The position numbers and the translations under genes are program-made. Of a DNA stretch of 64,000 bases, positions 1 through 8,195 are shown in pieces. Numbering within the stretch: the stretch's first letter is position 1; every line of letters begins with the position of its first letter. Source of the DNA: an uncultured Selenomonadales bacterium (GTDB lineage Bacteria > Bacillota > Negativicutes > Selenomonadales > Selenomonadaceae); the NCBI GenBank assembly GCA_946408105.1, contig CAMJQS010000001.1, positions 4,077-68,076 on the forward strand, given 5' to 3'. The notes below the pieces were generated by a model, which saw nothing but the letters and a program-made list of their open reading frames with translations, had not been told where the DNA came from and made no database searches.

Positions 1-1
1 C

Positions 2-220
2 TTGGGCGCGTATGTTAAGCGGATGAATTACGTCGACGAAAATATCATGACAAAAACCGAAAACCTTCAAGAGACCGATTCCACGATTCGCGACACCGAC
101 GTCCCCAAGGAAATGACAAAGTTCGTTAAGTACAACATTTTGACGCAAGCGGCGCAGTTCATGCTTGCGCAGATTAATCAAAACGGCGCGTCCGTCTTGA
201 ATTTGTTGCAGCCGGAATAA
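2..220 (+). CDS. Flagellin, C-terminal 72 residues only (gene begins upstream of the window)
   Basis: ORF ends ...TIRDTDVPKEMTKFVKYNILTQAAQFMLAQINQNGASVLNLLQPE, the conserved flagellin C-terminal helices; same motif order as the end of the next gene. Confidence 0.85.
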   Translation: MGAYVKRMNYVDENIMTKTENLQETDSTIRDTDVPKEMTKFVKYNILTQAAQFMLAQINQNGASVLNLLQPE

Positions 221-665
221 AGGAGATGTTTTAACTTAAAATAAATTTTGCGCCGACGGGAAAGTTTTTGCTTTCTTACACAGAGGTGGGTTTCATGGCT
301 ATAAGGCCGGAAAAGCTCTTGCAAAAGTTTCGAGCGGGATGAAAATAAATTTCGCGCAAGACGACGCGGCGAGTTTTTCAATCAGCGAGAGGATGCGCGG
401 ACAAATTCGCGCTCTTCTGCAGGACAATCAAAACGTTCAAAACGGCTCGTCCATGGTAAGGACTGCCGAACGCGGCATCGACCAAATTATTCAAAACATA
501 CGCACGCTAAAGGAAAAAGCTATAAACGCCGCCAACGACCACAACACCGACGAAGACCGCGCCACTATTCAAAAGGAATTCGACCAGCTCGTTTCGACGA
601 TTGACGATATCGCTGTCGGCACGCAGTTCAACGGCAAGCGGCTCCTCGACGGCACTTGGGCTAAT

Positions 666-674
666 AAAAAAAAA
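666..674. repeat. A9 homopolymer inside the flagellin gene (encodes NKKK)
   Basis: Read directly: ctaat-aaaaaaaaa-gtttta. Confidence 0.95.
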
Positions 675-726
675 GTTTTAACTATCAGCCAGAAAGACCC
701 CGCAAAGTTTGGTAAAATTGACAATA

Positions 727-735
727 CCCCCCCCC
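727..735. repeat. C9 homopolymer at the flagellin frameshift point
   Basis: Read directly: acaata-ccccccccc-gatg; one extra C would fuse the two ORFs as ...DNTPPPMSINSNG... Confidence 0.95.
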
Positions 736-2105
736 GATGTCAATTAATTCAAACGGCATCTTTGAATTGAAAAAGGGTGTGAACAACGTTACAATACCGA
801 TTGCCGACGGTGTGACGGACGTAAAAATAACGCAGGAAGACCCTAACGAAGTTCTTCACGGCATTTATATCGTTGGTCCCGCAGGCGGAGGCACGAACAT
901 TTGGATTGAAAACCTAAATATCGAAAATCAAGCGGACGGCTCGATAATAAAGTTTAGTGGCACCGATAATTTTTTGACGATAAAAGGCACCAACACAATA
1001 AATTACGGCAACAATTACGACTACAATGCCGCTGTTATCAACGTAGGCGAAGGATTGACGCTCGAAGGCGACGGCACCTTGACCGTCAAAAATACGGGAA
1101 CTTTAACTTGCGCGGCTATCGGCGTCGACCAAGAGCATTTTTCTTCGGCACCTAACATAACGATAAACAGTGGAACTTATGACCTTTGGGTAAATGACGA
1201 CGGCGCGGCTATTGGTTGCTCAGCCAGTAGCACAGTTGGCGACATTATCATCAACGGCGGCAACATAACCGTTCATTCCGTTAATGGCGCGGGCATAGGA
1301 TCCACAGGTGGCTCGCCAGGTGCTGGGCAATTAGACAGCGGTAACTCTAATAGCAGTGTAGGCAACATCATTATCGGCAAGAACGCAACGATTAATGCGA
1401 CGAGTGTTTGGGGCGCGGGTATAGGTACGGGCTCCGGGCACAGTCAAGCGAACAACATAAAAATTCACGCCGAAGCCAATGTAGTCGTAACCAGTCTTCA
1501 CGGTGAAAACATCGGTAGAGGTGTCACGGGAATTTTGATAAATGAAGTTGAATACTTCGACATTAACGTCGACAATACTCAAACACTTTACAACCCGCTG
1601 CAGATTCAGCATGGCACGCAGACCAATCAGCGAATCAACGTTTATATCAACAGCATGCAGACCAAAGATTTAAAAGGCTCCATTCCGAACGAGGCTGACA
1701 AAGCTCAAATGGCCGCGCTGTCGAATTCGCCCGAAAAACAAGCCGAACTTCAAGCAATACTCGACGCGGCAAAGGATATGACACTCGCCGACGCAAGAGT
1801 TACGACCGTCGACAATGCCAAAGTCGCAATCCGTGTCGTAGAAGGCGCGCTCGAATACGCCCTTAACGAGGCCACGAACATGGGCGCGTATCTTCAGCGG
1901 CTCGAATACACCGACGCGAACGTAACGACCATGGGCGAAAACGTCCAAAACTCCGAATCGACAATCCGCGACGCCGACATGGCCAAAGAGATGACCGAAT
2001 ACACCAAATTCAATATCTTGTCGCAAGCCTCGCAATCGATGCTCGCTCAAGCAAACCAAAATTCAAGCGCAGTGCTCGGCTTATTGCAATAAAGGAGATG
2101 ATGCC

Positions 2106-3560
2106 TTGGCTTATAAAGATTTGCGCGAATTCATCGACGCGCTGGAGAAAAAAAATTTGCTCAAGCGAATAAAAATTCCCGTCGACGCAGAGCTTGAGAT
2201 AACCGAGATAACCGACCGCGTTTCAAAGTTCAAAGACGGCCGCAACGTCGCCCTGCTGTTTGAAAATGTTCGCGGCTACGACATGCCCGTTTTAATGAAC
2301 GCATTCGGCAGTTACGAGAGGATGGCTCTTGCCCTCGGCGTGGAGAAACTCGACGACGCGGCAAATGACATTCGCGAAATTATGAAGTTGCCGTATCTGT
2401 CGTTCAAAAATCGCTCGAACATTTTTTCTATCGTGTCGACCGCGCACAAGGCGATTAACTTTCCAAAGTACGTGAAGAACGCGCCTTGCCAAGAAGTCGT
2501 CGAAGTCAATCCGTCGCTCGATAAAATTCCTATCCTCAAGTGCTGGCCTAAAGACGGCGGAGCTTTTATAACGTTGCCGCTCGTCTTCACGAAAAATCCC
2601 GCGACCGGCAAACGCAACGTCGGCATGTATCGCTTGCAAAAGTACGACGCGCGCACGACGGGAATGCATTGGCACATTCACAAGAACGGCGCAGAAAATT
2701 TCCGTGACGCAAAAACTCTCGGCTCAAATAAAATTGAAGCGGCCGTGGCAATCGGCACCGACCCCGTCGTAACCTACGCCGCGACCGCTCCTCTTCCGCG
2801 CGACGTGGACGAAATGGTTTTCGCGGGCTTCTTGAGGAAAAAATCTGTCGAACTGACGAAGTGCAAGACCGTCGATTTGGAAGTCCCCGCGACCGCCGAA
2901 ATTATTTTGGAAGGTTACGTTTCGACTGACGAGCTGCGCCGCGAAGGTCCTTTCGGCGACCACACCGGCTATTATTCTTTGGCGGACGATTATCCCGTCT
3001 TCCACGTCACTTGCATCACGCACAGAAAAAATCCGATTTACTTTGCGACCGTCGTCGGCAAGCCGCCCATGGAAGATTGCTACATGGCGAAGGCCACCGA
3101 AAGAATTTTTCTTCCTCTCCTTCAGCAGCTCTTGCCTGAAATTATCGATATCAACATGCCGCTCGAAGGCGTCTTTCACGATTGCGTTATCGTCTCGATA
3201 AAAAAACAATTCCCCATGCACGCCCGCAAAGTTATGCACGCGCTGTGGGGTCTCGGACAGATGATGAACGTTAAAATGATTGTCGTCGTCGATTCGCACG
3301 TTGACGTTCAAGACTTGAGCGAAGTGGCCTGGAGAGTTTTTAACAACATTGACGCCGAACATGATTTGGAAATTGTTCACGGGCCGCTCGACGTGCTCGA
3401 CCACTCGTCGCCGTATGCAAAGTGGGGCGCAAAGCTCGGAATCGACGCAACGAAAACTTGGGCGGAAGAAGGTCACGCGCGCGAATGGCCGGACGAAATC
3501 GAAATGTCGCCTCAAGTCAAAGCTCGCGTGGACAGCATTTGGAATTCGCTCGGATTATAA
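2106..3560 (+). CDS. ubiD: UbiD-family (prenylated-FMN dependent) decarboxylase
   Basis: 484-aa ORF starting MAYKDLREFIDALEKKNLLKRIKIPVD, typical UbiD N-terminus and length; TTG start 8 nt after AAGGAG. Confidence 0.85.
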   Translation: MAYKDLREFIDALEKKNLLKRIKIPVDAELEITEITDRVSKFKDGRNVALLFENVRGYDMPVLMNAFGSYERMALALGVEKLDDAANDIREIMKLPYLSFKNRSNIFSIVSTAHKAINFPKYVKNAPCQEVVEVNPSLDKIPILKCWPKDGGAFITLPLVFTKNPATGKRNVGMYRLQKYDARTTGMHWHIHKNGAENFRDAKTLGSNKIEAAVAIGTDPVVTYAATAPLPRDVDEMVFAGFLRKKSVELTKCKTVDLEVPATAEIILEGYVSTDELRREGPFGDHTGYYSLADDYPVFHVTCITHRKNPIYFATVVGKPPMEDCYMAKATERIFLPLLQQLLPEIIDINMPLEGVFHDCVIVSIKKQFPMHARKVMHALWGLGQMMNVKMIVVVDSHVDVQDLSEVAWRVFNNIDAEHDLEIVHGPLDVLDHSSPYAKWGAKLGIDATKTWAEEGHAREWPDEIEMSPQVKARVDSIWNSLGL

Positions 3561-3563
3561 AAT

Positions 3564-3593
3564 CTAACAGCTAACAGCTAGAAGCTAACAGCT
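3564..3593. repeat. Tandem heptanucleotide array (CTAACAG x4, one variant CTAGAAG)
   Basis: Read directly between ubiD stop and ychF RBS: ctaacag ctaacag ctagaag ctaacag ct. Confidence 0.9.
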
Positions 3594-3614
3594 AAAAAAA
3601 CCGGAGGTTTTTTT

Positions 3615-4712
3615 ATGAGCAGTCTTGAAGTCGGTATCGTCGGCCTGCCCAATGTCGGCAAGTCGACGCTTTTTAACGCGATAACGAAGGCGGGCGCGGA
3701 GGCCGCCAATTATCCTTTCTGCACGATTGAACCCAACGTCGGAGTCGTCGCCGTGCCCGACGCTCGCCTGGAGGTTTTGACGAAACTTTACAGCTCGAAG
3801 AAGACGACGCCCGCTTCCGTTCGTTTCGTCGACATCGCGGGGCTCGTCAAGGGCGCGTCGAAGGGCGAAGGCCTCGGCAACAAATTTCTTGAACACATTC
3901 GGCAGGTCGACGCAATCGCTCACGTCGTGCGTTGCTTCGAGGACGAAAACATTTCACACGTCGCCGACACGATTGATCCTCTGCGCGACATCGACACGAT
4001 TCAAACGGAGCTGTGCCTGGCCGATTTGGACGTCGTGGACAAACGCCTGGCCAAGGTCGCAAAACTTTTGAAGTCGGGTAGCAAAGAGGCAAAGCTTGAG
4101 GCGGAAATTTTGGAGCGCGTGAAAAATTCTTTAGACGAGGCAAAACCCGCGCGAAGTTTGAACTTGAACGACGACGAACTTTTTTTGATTCGCGACGCAA
4201 ATTTGTTGACGCTCAAGCCGACGCTCTACATTGCAAACGTCGCCGAAGATGATTTGGCGGAAGAAAATTCTTACGTCAAAAAAGTTCGTGCGCTCGCCGC
4301 GGCGGAGGATGCTCAAGTCGTCGTCATTTGCGCGAAGGTCGAATCGGAAATCGCCGAACTCGACGCGGACGAGGCCAAAGAATTTTTGGCGGACTTGGGG
4401 CTCGAAAGTTCCGGGCTCGACAGATTGATTCACGCGGCGTTCGATTTGCTCGGCTTGATGACTTTCTTGACGGCCGGCCCCGACGAGTGCCGCGCCTGGA
4501 CGATTAAAAAGGGAACGCCTGCGGTTAAGGCGGCGGGAAAAATTCACAGCGACATTGAGCGCGGCTTCATTCGCGCGGAGATTGTAAACTACGACGACTT
4601 GATTAAGCTCGGCTCGGTCACTGCCGCCCGCGACAAAGGTCTCGTTCGCCTCGAAGGAAAAGATTACATCATGCAGGACGGCGACGTCACTTACTTCCGC
4701 TTCAACGTCTAA
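3615..4712 (+). CDS. ychF: Ribosome-binding ATPase YchF
   Basis: [25 protein letters not shown]-loop N-terminus, 365 aa, C-terminal ...[18 protein letters not shown] typical of YchF/TGS. Confidence 0.95.
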   Translation: MSSLEVGIVGLPNVGKSTLFNAITKAGAEAANYPFCTIEPNVGVVAVPDARLEVLTKLYSSKKTTPASVRFVDIAGLVKGASKGEGLGNKFLEHIRQVDAIAHVVRCFEDENISHVADTIDPLRDIDTIQTELCLADLDVVDKRLAKVAKLLKSGSKEAKLEAEILERVKNSLDEAKPARSLNLNDDELFLIRDANLLTLKPTLYIANVAEDDLAEENSYVKKVRALAAAEDAQVVVICAKVESEIAELDADEAKEFLADLGLESSGLDRLIHAAFDLLGLMTFLTAGPDECRAWTIKKGTPAVKAAGKIHSDIERGFIRAEIVNYDDLIKLGSVTAARDKGLVRLEGKDYIMQDGDVTYFRFNV

Positions 4713-4719
4713 GAAAATC

Positions 4720-4754
4720 AAAAAGCGGCCTCGAATGTGAGACCGCTTTTTTTT
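4720..4754. terminator. Bidirectional rho-independent terminator between ychF and a convergent small gene
   Basis: GCGGCCTC-GAATGT-GAGACCGC stem (7 of 8 pairs), preceded by A5 and followed by T8. Confidence 0.8.
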
Positions 4755-4757
4755 GTT

Positions 4758-4916
4758 TTAAGATTTGCGCCCCGACTCTTTGCTGCCGTCGGTCGATTGT
4801 TTTTTGCGAACTTCGCCTTGCTTGCCGTCGCTTTTTTTGACGCCGCCTTGAGAGCCTTCCTCTTTAAGTTCACGAGCCAGATTTTTCAGCTTGCCCGCAA
4901 TGTTCGGTTTTGCCAT
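4758..4916 (-). CDS. Small Lys/Glu/Gly-rich hypothetical protein (52 aa)
   Basis: Internal ATG of ORF 4758..5063 preceded by GAGGTG at 6 nt; product MAKPNIAGKLKNLARELKEEGSQGG...; ends at the shared terminator. Confidence 0.5.
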   Translation of the reverse strand: MAKPNIAGKLKNLARELKEEGSQGGVKKSDGKQGEVRKKQSTDGSKESGRKS

Positions 4917-4950
4917 GCCAATCACCTCGCCGCAAATGTAACAAATTTTC

Positions 4951-4979
4951 TTGACGCAGTCAATCGCATAAAATAAAAT
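4951..4979 (+). promoter_or_regulatory. Sigma-70-like promoter upstream of the csoR-like gene
   Basis: TTGACG - 17 nt - TAAAAT read directly, 27 nt upstream of the ATG at 5006. Confidence 0.5.
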
Positions 4980-5005
4980 TTCCAAAAACTTTTCGGAGGG
5001 CAACA

Positions 5006-5314
5006 ATGCACGAACACAAATTGGAAGACGGCACGACGATTTGTCACAGCCACACGCACACACAAACCAAGGCAGTTTTGAATCGCATGGCGCGGCTCAT
5101 CGGTCACCTCGAATCGACAAAGCGAATGATTGAAGACGGAAGAGACTGCGACGAAGTTTTGATTCAGCTGTCGGCCGTCGACGCCGCGATTAAAGCCGTC
5201 GGCCGAATCATTTTGAAAGACCACATCGAACATTGCATCGTTGAGGCCGTCAAGACCGGCGACACCGAAGCGATTGAACGACTCAACAAAGCCATAGAAA
5301 AATTTATCCGATAA
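5006..5314 (+). CDS. csoR: CsoR/RcnR-family metal-sensing transcriptional repressor
   Basis: 102 aa with His-rich N-terminus, ...RDCDEVLIQLSAV...KDHIEHC; Cys/His/Cys ligand pattern of copper-type CsoR. Confidence 0.8.
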   Translation: MHEHKLEDGTTICHSHTHTQTKAVLNRMARLIGHLESTKRMIEDGRDCDEVLIQLSAVDAAIKAVGRIILKDHIEHCIVEAVKTGDTEAIERLNKAIEKFIR

Positions 5315-5322
5315 AAAATTTT

Positions 5323-5348
5323 AACCGACAATCGTCGGTTATTTTTTT
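5323..5348 (+). terminator. Rho-independent terminator after csoR
   Basis: AACCGAC-AATC-GTCGGTT perfect 7-bp stem followed by ATTTTTTT. Confidence 0.8.
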
Positions 5349-5461
5349 GAGCAGGATTGATTAACTTTTAAACAGTTCGGCGAATTGTTGATAAGGCTCT
5401 TTTCCGTTAAGATTCGGTCATCAAAGTTATTCACGGTCTTGATTGAAAGGAGTTTTTCAAA

Positions 5462-6640
5462 ATGTTGATTGGCGAAAAGAAAATCGAACGTCCGCTCCGC
5501 TGGGGCATGATAGGCGGAGGCCGCACGGCTAACGTGGGACCGAAGCATCGTCGCGGTGCTCTCTACGACAACACGGCGTTCAAACTCGTCTGCGGTGCAT
5601 TTGACGTGGACGCCGCCCGCAACGTTGAATTCGGCGTAAATCTGGGCGTCGACAAAGATCGCCTCTACCCCGACTACAAAACGATGATTGCCGAGGAAGC
5701 CAAACGCGAAGACGGCGTCGAAGTCGTCGACATCGCCACGCCGAATTTCTTGCACTATGAAATGGTTAAAGCTGCTCTGGAAGCGGGCTTGCATGTCATT
5801 TGCGAAAAGCCGTTGTTCTTCGAAGTGGCACAGGGTGAAGAGATTATGAAGCTCGCCAAAGAGAAAAATCGTTTCGTCGGCGTGTGCTACGGTTTCTCCG
5901 GTCACCCGCTCCTCATGCAAATGCGCAAGATGGTTGAGAACGGCGACCTCGGCACGATTAACATGGTTGAGTTGGAGTATGCGCATGGATTCGGATGTGA
6001 CGCTCTTGCCGACGTTAAAGCTGAAGGACAGAAATGGCGCGTCGACCCGAAGAAGAGCGGCCCCTCGTTCGTGCTGGGCGACCTCTCCACGCACACCTTC
6101 TACATGTCCGAACTCGTTTGCCCGCAACTCAAACTCAAGCAACTCCTCTGCGATCGTCGGTCGTTCGTCAAAAGTCGTGCACCGCTCGAAGACAACGCTT
6201 ACGTTCTCATGCGTTACGAGGGCGGCGCAGTCGGGCGTATGTGGGCTTCCGCTGTCAACGCCGGCTGCATGGACGGAAACAGAATCAGAATCGTCGGTTC
6301 CAAAGCCTCTATCGAATGGAGCGATCATCAGCCGAACGAATTGCTTTATCAAGTTCAGGGCGAGCCGATTCGCAAAATGATTCGCGCAATGCCTTACCTC
6401 TACGACGAAGCCAACGCCTTTGAACGTCTCGGCGCACTCCATGCCGAGGGCTTGATTGAATCTTGGGCGAACATTTACACGCAATTCGCCGTTGCAATCG
6501 ACGCCATCAATCGCGGCGACAAAGAGACGCTCGACAAACTCGTTCTGCCCGATTTGGCGCACGGAGTCGACGGCATCCGCTGGGTCTGCAAATGTGTGGA
6601 GTCGGCTGACAAAGGCGGCGTTTGGGTCGACTTCAAATAA
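5462..6640 (+). CDS. Gfo/Idh/MocA-family NAD(P)-dependent oxidoreductase
   Basis: RWGMIGGGRTA Rossmann start, ...DIATPNFLHYEMVKAALEAGLHVICEKP motif; 392 aa; RBS AAAGGAG. Confidence 0.85.
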   Translation: MLIGEKKIERPLRWGMIGGGRTANVGPKHRRGALYDNTAFKLVCGAFDVDAARNVEFGVNLGVDKDRLYPDYKTMIAEEAKREDGVEVVDIATPNFLHYEMVKAALEAGLHVICEKPLFFEVAQGEEIMKLAKEKNRFVGVCYGFSGHPLLMQMRKMVENGDLGTINMVELEYAHGFGCDALADVKAEGQKWRVDPKKSGPSFVLGDLSTHTFYMSELVCPQLKLKQLLCDRRSFVKSRAPLEDNAYVLMRYEGGAVGRMWASAVNAGCMDGNRIRIVGSKASIEWSDHQPNELLYQVQGEPIRKMIRAMPYLYDEANAFERLGALHAEGLIESWANIYTQFAVAIDAINRGDKETLDKLVLPDLAHGVDGIRWVCKCVESADKGGVWVDFK

Positions 6641-6726
6641 TATAAAATTGTTGGATTAGGAGAAGGAGCAGGGAAGAATTTTTTCAACCTTGCTCCTTGT
6701 CTTGAATGTGAGGGGAGGTTAAACTA

Positions 6727-7092
6727 ATGGCGGAATCAGGTGAATATCGCTCGACTCTTACGCGAATCATGATTATCGCGACACTCGGCGGTCTGTTGTT
6801 CGGTTATGATACGGGCGTCGTCAACGGCGCGTTGCCTTTCATGGCGGCTCCCGACCAGCTCAATCTTGACCCGTTGCAAGAAGGCATGGTCGTTTCGGCT
6901 CTGCTCGTCGGCGCGGCCGTCGGTTCGTTCTGCGGCGGCAAACTCGCTGACTATCAGGGACGCAAAACGAATATTCTTTGGTTGTCGGTTATCTTTTTTG
7001 TATCGACGTTGGGTTATTCGCTCGCTCCGAGTTTCCACGTCATGTTGGTTTCAAGGTTTGTACTTGGACTTGCGGTCGGCGGCGCGTCAAAA
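6727..7092 (+). pseudogene. N-terminal remnant (~121 codons, TM1-4) of an MFS sugar-porter gene
   Basis: LGGLLFGYDTGVVNGALPF...GRKTNILWLSVIFF...SRFVLGLAVGGAS sugar-porter signatures, then the frame runs into unrelated sequence and stops at 7134. Confidence 0.8.
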
Positions 7093-8029
7093 GTACTGAT
7101 ATTTACTCGACGTTCTTGTAACCCTGTCTTGTGACGACTCTTTTAAGCGTTGTTATGCCAACATCAAATTTTCTGGAGAAGGCGGCGAGGCTGAACTCTT
7201 TGTCGCGAGGAATGTAATGCGCGCGAATGTAACGAACGTCATCTTCCGTCAACTTTGCTCGCGGATTGGCGCAACCGATTTTCTTCATGCCGTTTCTGAC
7301 TGCGTGTTTCTGATTCTCGCTGTTGGTCGCCCAATTCAAGTTCCAAACGCAGTTGTTTGAAGGGTCATTGTTCTCGTGGTTGACGAGAGGTTTTCCTTCG
7401 GTATTCGGCAAAAAACTTTTCGCGACGACGATGTGAAGACCGACGCACTTGCGCTCACCGTCTTTAGCCAAAGAAACTTGAATGTATCCATCCTTGATGA
7501 CGACGGGCTTTCGGATTATCTTCCTTACCGTTACTTTGTTGCAGTAAAAACTTTTGACTCTGCCGTAATTGCTGACTTGATAATGCTCTTCGTAGCCGGC
7601 AATGTCGCGCCACTCTTCATGAGGAAAGTCCTCAAGCTCGCACCAAACATTTAAATCCGCTCGCAAGGTGGCGACGGCGCAGTTGAGCTTAGAGATAAAA
7701 ATTTTGTCTTCGACGCGGGCATCGGTCGGCAACGCAGACAAACTCTGCAGAAAACTTTTCGCTTCGGCGACAGTGAACTCGAAGGGCTGAGGAGCCAAGG
7801 GAATGTTCTTCATCTCGTTCCAGTTCGCGAGGGTGAACTTTACCGCCTTTTTCACAGCGAGCGGCAAGTTCGAATAGAATTCCACAAAAATGTTTCTCGC
7901 TTCTTCTACGTTCATAAAAATCGCTCCTTTGTGCTTGACGCAACACGCCGAAACGTTTAGAATCAGAAAAAATTTTTGACTCGGTGTTTCGTGTGCAGTT
8001 AAGTTTTAGCAAACCTAATTTAGCACAAA
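7093..8029. mobile_element. HNH/NUMOD4 endonuclease cassette occupying the place of the missing MFS gene interior
   Basis: Lies exactly between the N- and C-terminal MFS remnants; bounded by similar GC-rich strings GCGGTCGGCGGCGCGTCAA (7072..7090) and GCGGGCGGCGGGTCAA (8030..8045). Confidence 0.55.
7103..7915 (-). CDS. Free-standing HNH homing-type endonuclease (NUMOD4 + HNH + C-terminal HTH-like region)
   Basis: EEWRDIAGYEEHYQVSNYGRVKS (NUMOD4-like), VNHENNDPSNNCVWNLNWATNSENQKHA (HNH), 270 aa, RBS AAAGGAG. Confidence 0.85.
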   Translation of the reverse strand: MNVEEARNIFVEFYSNLPLAVKKAVKFTLANWNEMKNIPLAPQPFEFTVAEAKSFLQSLSALPTDARVEDKIFISKLNCAVATLRADLNVWCELEDFPHEEWRDIAGYEEHYQVSNYGRVKSFYCNKVTVRKIIRKPVVIKDGYIQVSLAKDGERKCVGLHIVVAKSFLPNTEGKPLVNHENNDPSNNCVWNLNWATNSENQKHAVRNGMKKIGCANPRAKLTEDDVRYIRAHYIPRDKEFSLAAFSRKFDVGITTLKRVVTRQGYKNVE

Positions 8030-8045
8030 GCGGGCGGCGGGTCAA
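8014..8045 (-). promoter_or_regulatory. Possible sigma-70 promoter for the HNH gene
   Basis: Minus strand reads TTGACC - 17 nt - TAAATT; would give a ~95-nt leader. Confidence 0.35.
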
Positions 8046-8170
8046 TTTTATTTATGTGTCTTTTCGTTCCCGAAACAATGGGCAAGACGCTTGAGCAAAT
8101 CGAACATCAATTCCGCAACTACAACCGCGAAGAAATTCAATCGGTCGGCTCAACTCTTCAAGAACATTGA
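8024..8170 (+). pseudogene. C-terminal remnant (~48 codons) of the same MFS sugar-porter gene
   Basis: Frame reads ...AGGGSILFMCLFVPETMGKTLEQIEHQFRNYN...*; FVPET(K/M)GK(S/T)LE(E/Q)IE is the sugar-porter C-terminal signature. Confidence 0.75.
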
Positions 8171-8195
8171 TAAAAAATTTTTAGGAGGGCTCAAA

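Larger units (their letters stand above)
339..2092 (+). pseudogene. Second flagellin gene with a ~300-aa Gly-rich beta-helix-like central insert; frame broken at a C9 tract (ORFs 339..770 and 737..2092) and no start codon for the N-terminal D0 segment
   Basis: 339..770 encodes MKINFAQDDAASFSISERMRGQIRAL...AINAAND (flagellin N-terminal D1). 737..2092 ends ...STIRDADMAKEMTEYTKFNILSQASQSMLAQANQNSSAVLGLLQ (flagellin C-terminus). The two frames meet in the C run 727..735. Confidence 0.7.

Noticed and set aside
221-338. Sigma-28 (FliA) promoter upstream of the second flagellin gene
   Set aside because: The only match is TAAC/TAAA followed by GCCGACGG, with spacing of 11 or 16 nt instead of 15 and 5 of 8 matches in the -10 element. 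This is too weak to call.
3564-3593. Short tandem repeats (also 45677..45746 and 51014..51073) as a CRISPR array
   Set aside because: The period is 7 bp with no spacers and there are no cas genes. These are micro-satellite-like heptad arrays, not CRISPR.
5339-6562. 407-aa ORF on the minus strand, longer than the plus-strand gene it overlaps
   Set aside because: Arg/Val/Phe-rich low-information translation lying exactly antisense to a clear Gfo/Idh/MocA gene. This is a typical shadow ORF of GC-rich coding DNA. The same reasoning applies to 2724..3515, 4131..4721, 8328..9161, 15025..15705 and 17666..18415.
6663-6698. Hairpin AAGGAGCAGGG...CCTTGCTCCTT after the oxidoreductase gene as a terminator
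   Set aside because: The stem is good, but no U-tract follows on either strand, so it is not called as an intrinsic terminator.
7103-7915. HNH protein as part of a restriction-modification, Cas9-like or other multi-gene defence system
   Set aside because: It is a single 270-aa NUMOD4-HNH ORF with no methylase, helicase or partner gene. It fits a free-standing homing-type endonuclease.
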